A stretch of 64,000 nucleotides of DNA from Escherichia coli. Lineage in GTDB: Bacteria; Pseudomonadota; Gammaproteobacteria; Enterobacterales; Enterobacteriaceae. The first letter of the stretch is position 1; each line of letters starts with the position of its first letter. Location of the stretch: the NCBI RefSeq assembly GCF_016026235.1, contig NZ_CP065613.1; one strand, given 5' to 3'. The notes under the pieces are model-generated. The model searched no databases. It was not told where the DNA came from and saw only the letters and a list, made by a program, of their open reading frames with translations. The position numbers were made by a program, and so were the translations under genes. Positions 60,776 to 64,000 of the stretch are shown piece by piece.

Positions 60776-62530
60776 CGGAATAAACCAGTTCAGCCAACGT
60801 AATGGCCATGGAAAACGGTGACGTCCTTCCTGTTGCGATGCTTGCGCGATACGTTCCTGGATGGTTTGCATCAGCGTCGTTTGGCCTTCGCCATCCCACA
60901 CCAGATTTAATAATAACGGCAGTGCGTCAGTCACATCGTCTACTGCCCAGATGGTGAATTTGCCTTCTTCTACCGCTTTCACCAGTTCACTGTGAAGACT
61001 TAAATGGCGAACGTTAGCAGTGGGGATAATGACACCTTGTTTACCCGTTAACTCACGTTGCTGGCAAATAGCAAAGAAGCCTTCGATTTTCTCATTTAAA
61101 CCACCGACCGGCTGGGCGCGACCGAACTGATCGACTGAACCTGTGATAGCGATACTCTGATTCACCGGCACATCAGCGAGGGCGCTTATCAGGGCGCAGA
61201 GTTCAGCCATCGAGGCACTATCTCCATCCACTTCACTGTATGACTGCTCAAATGTCAGCGATGCTGAGAAGGGGATCTGTTGCTCAAGCTGTAGTTCCGA
61301 CATCAGGAACGCCTGCATGATCATCATCCCTTTCGCATGGATATTGCCGCCAAGCTCCGCTTTGCGTTCGATGTCGGTGAATTCACCATCGCCAATATGC
61401 ACAACGCAGCTAATGCGAGAAGGTTCGCCAAAAGCGCGTGGATGACCCGGAAATTCAATGACCGAAAGGGCGTTAATTTGCCCGATGCGTTCGCCTTCGG
61501 TTTCAATCAGGATTTGCTCCTGAAGGATCTCATCCTGCATGCGTTCAGCGAGGAAACCTTCGCGCCATTCACGCTGCTGTAGCATTAAGTTTAGCTGCTC
61601 GCCGGAGAAGGTGTCGCCATCACACAGGGAGGCGACTTCTTTACACTGGCGGAGGATCCACTGCGGGCTAAGCGGAAGTGTTTCTTGTTCACCGGTGTAG
61701 CGTGCTGCTTCGCGGATAAGTATCGGCCAGGCATCCGCTCCCGGTGCAGGTAAGTGATTATGTCTGGCGGTAAATGTCACCCAGCGACACCACTGGCTTA
61801 CTGACTCCGCATCGACAATCTGGAGAGTATCTTCAAATTCGCTATAAATAGCCTGCTCTGAAAGCTCTGGCTCCATCTCCTGGAAATCAGCCAATGATTC
61901 GCGTTCGCCTACCAGAATGACTTTCAGCTTCAATGGCATCGAAGGCACAGAGACGGGGAGAGGGCGCGACTCATCAAACGCAACCCAGTCAAAACGCTCG
62001 CGGTTAACGATATTTTTCAGCCGCATCCACAGCAGAGGTTGCGCCAGTAGTGTACGCAAAGAGATGATGAGAATACCGCCATTTGCCTGATGCACCAGAC
62101 CAGGCTGCAGGGTAATGTCGCCATTAAACTGGCGCAGGCAGCCAAAGAGTTGCTCCGCTTCTACCCAGTCGGCAGCGACAACTTGCGTTAAAGTCGCAAA
62201 ATTATCATCTGCACTCACTGCGTTACGTAAGCGGATGGTGTGGCCGGAAACCTCATAGTGACCGCCCACCAGTTGGCCTGCATCACTTTGTAGCGCACGT
62301 GCCGCATCGGCAATAAGATTCAGATACTCAGACTCTTCCGGGGCCTTCGCCAGCATAAAAGAGGAGGATGCTCGCGTATGCAGCAACTGCTCCAGCGCAA
62401 ATTGCAGTCGCGGTTGAGTATCACTGAATAAAGGATCGTTTTCGTCAATCAAATGTGGCTGAGCAAATATTTCCTGATAGCTATCGGTATCAGGAACCAG
62501 GTCACGCCATGCAAGTTTCGTAATGGTCAA
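60770..62530 (-). CDS. ycbZ: Lon-like protease homologue
   Basis: 586-aa ORF with Lon protease C-terminal domain features. Confidence 0.85.
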
Positions 62531-62715
62531 AGTTGATGTTTTTTAGTCTGTTGTCAAAGCTGCGATTATACCGTAACCGGCACTACAGCACACGTAGAAA
62601 GCACCGACAATACTCCTGGCATGGGCGTTAAAGCTCACAGGATGGAGATTCTTTTCTTCACTGGCCTAAAAAGCTGATATTCTGTAAAGAGTTACACGGT
62701 AACATTGAGATCGCT

Positions 62716-63168
62716 ATGAAATATCAACAACTTGAAAATCTTGAAAGCGGTTGGAAATGGAAGTATCTGGTGAAGAAGCATCGCGAAGGGGAGTTAATCA
62801 CCCGTTACATAGAAGCCAGTGCCGCCCAGGAAGCCGTCGATGTGTTGCTCTCGCTGGAAAATGAACCCGTGCTGGTAAATGGCTGGATTGACAAGCATAT
62901 GAATCCGGAACTGGTCAATCGCATGAAGCAGACCATTCGGGCCAGACGGAAGCGCCATTTTAATGCGGAACACCAGCATACGCGCAAAAAATCGATCGAT
63001 CTGGAATTTATTGTCTGGCAACGTCTGGCTGGTCTTGCGCAGCGTCGCGGTAAGACGCTTTCTGAAACGATTGTTCAGCTGATTGAAGATGCGGAAAACA
63101 AAGAGAAATACGCGAATAAAATGTCTTCTTTGAAGCAGGATCTGCAGGCATTGCTGGGTAAGGAATAA
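62716..63168 (+). CDS. matP: macrodomain Ter protein MatP
   Basis: 150-aa [43 protein letters not shown]. Confidence 0.93.
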
Positions 63169-63200
63169 CTGATGAAACTCAGTTCAATTTACTAAAGGCG

Positions 63201-63230
63201 AAAAAAAACCCCGCAGCTGCGGGGTTTTTT
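63201..63230. terminator. bidirectional rho-independent terminator between matP and ompA
   Basis: A8-ccccgcagctgcgggg-T6 perfect palindrome. Confidence 0.85.
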
Positions 63231-63243
63231 ACCAGACGAGAAC

Positions 63244-64000
63244 TTAAGCCTGCGGCTGAGTTACAACGTCTTTGATACCTTTAACTTCGATCTCAACGCG
63301 ACGATCCGGAGCCAGGCAGTCGATCAGTGCAGCACGCTGTTTCACGTTGTCACAGGTGTTGCCAGTAACCGGGTTGGATTCGCCCATACCACGTGCGGAG
63401 ATCTTGTCTGCCGGGATACCTTTGGAGATCAGGTAATCAACAACAGACTGAGCACGGCGCTCGGACAGACCTTGGTTGTAAGCGTCAGAACCGATGCGGT
63501 CGGTGTAACCCAGAACAACTACGGAACCGTCTTTCGGATCCAGGTTGCTCAGCTGGCTGTACAGCTGATCCAGAGCAGCCTGACCTTCCGGTTTCAGGGT
63601 TGCTTTGTTGAAGTTGAACAGAACGTCAGACTTCAGAGTGAAGTGCTTGGTCTGTACTTCCGGTGCCGGAGCTGGAGCCGGAGCAACTACTGGAGCTGCT
63701 TCGCCCTGACCGAAACGGTAGGAAACACCCAAGCTCAGCATGCCGTTGTCCGGACGAGTGCCGATGGTGTGTGCGTCACCGATGTTGTTGGTCCACTGGT
63801 ATTCCAGACGGGTAGCGATTTCAGGAGTGATCGCGTACTCAACACCGCCAGCGAAGACCGGAGAAACGCCGGTGTCGTGGTCTTTAGTGGATACGCCACC
63901 AGGTACGTTAGACTTGGTGTCTGCACGCCATACCATACCACCCAGACGAGTGTAAACGTCCAGATCGTCAGTGATTGGGTAACCCAGTTTAGCGGTCAGC
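63244..64000 (-). CDS. ompA: outer membrane protein A, 3' part (start lies beyond window end)
   Basis: C-terminal OmpA domain ending ...[19 protein letters not shown]; frame continues past window edge (reverse-strand frame open to 64000). Confidence 0.92.
   Translation of the reverse strand, partial: LTAKLGYPITDDLDVYTRLGGMVWRADTKSNVPGGVSTKDHDTGVSPVFAGGVEYAITPEIATRLEYQWTNNIGDAHTIGTRPDNGMLSLGVSYRFGQGEAAPVVAPAPAPAPEVQTKHFTLKSDVLFNFNKATLKPEGQAALDQLYSQLSNLDPKDGSVVVLGYTDRIGSDAYNQGLSERRAQSVVDYLISKGIPADKISARGMGESNPVTGNTCDNVKQRAALIDCLAPDRRVEIEVKGIKDVVTQPQA

Overview
This window reads as a contiguous stretch of Escherichia coli K-12-type core chromosome, from the 3' end of serC to the 3' part of ompA. 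Gene order is serC-aroA, ycaL, cmk-rpsA-ihfB, ycaI, msbA-lpxK-ycaQ, ycaR-kdsB, ycbJ, elyC, cmoM-mukFEB, ldtD, mepK(ycbK), ycbL, aspC, ompF, asnS, pncB, pepN, ssuEADCB, the elfADCG-ycbUVF fimbrial cluster, pyrD, zapC, ycbX, rlmL, uup, pqiABC, rmf, fabA, ycbZ, matP, ompA. All large ORFs are accounted for by recognisable housekeeping or known accessory genes, and all appear intact. The only clearly non-core content is two identical 1426-bp copies of an IS4-type insertion sequence (1675-3100 and 23823-25248). They sit in the same orientation, each with its own 13-bp target-site duplication, and together bracket about 20.7 kb that contains several essential genes (cmk, rpsA, msbA, lpxK, kdsB, mukFEB). 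I found no CRISPR array, tRNA, rRNA or unexplained gene cluster, so I see no evidence for a previously undescribed system; the IS4 pair and its possible consequences are the main thing worth following up. All calls are made by eye from the sequence and from memory of E. coli proteins; no database search was run.
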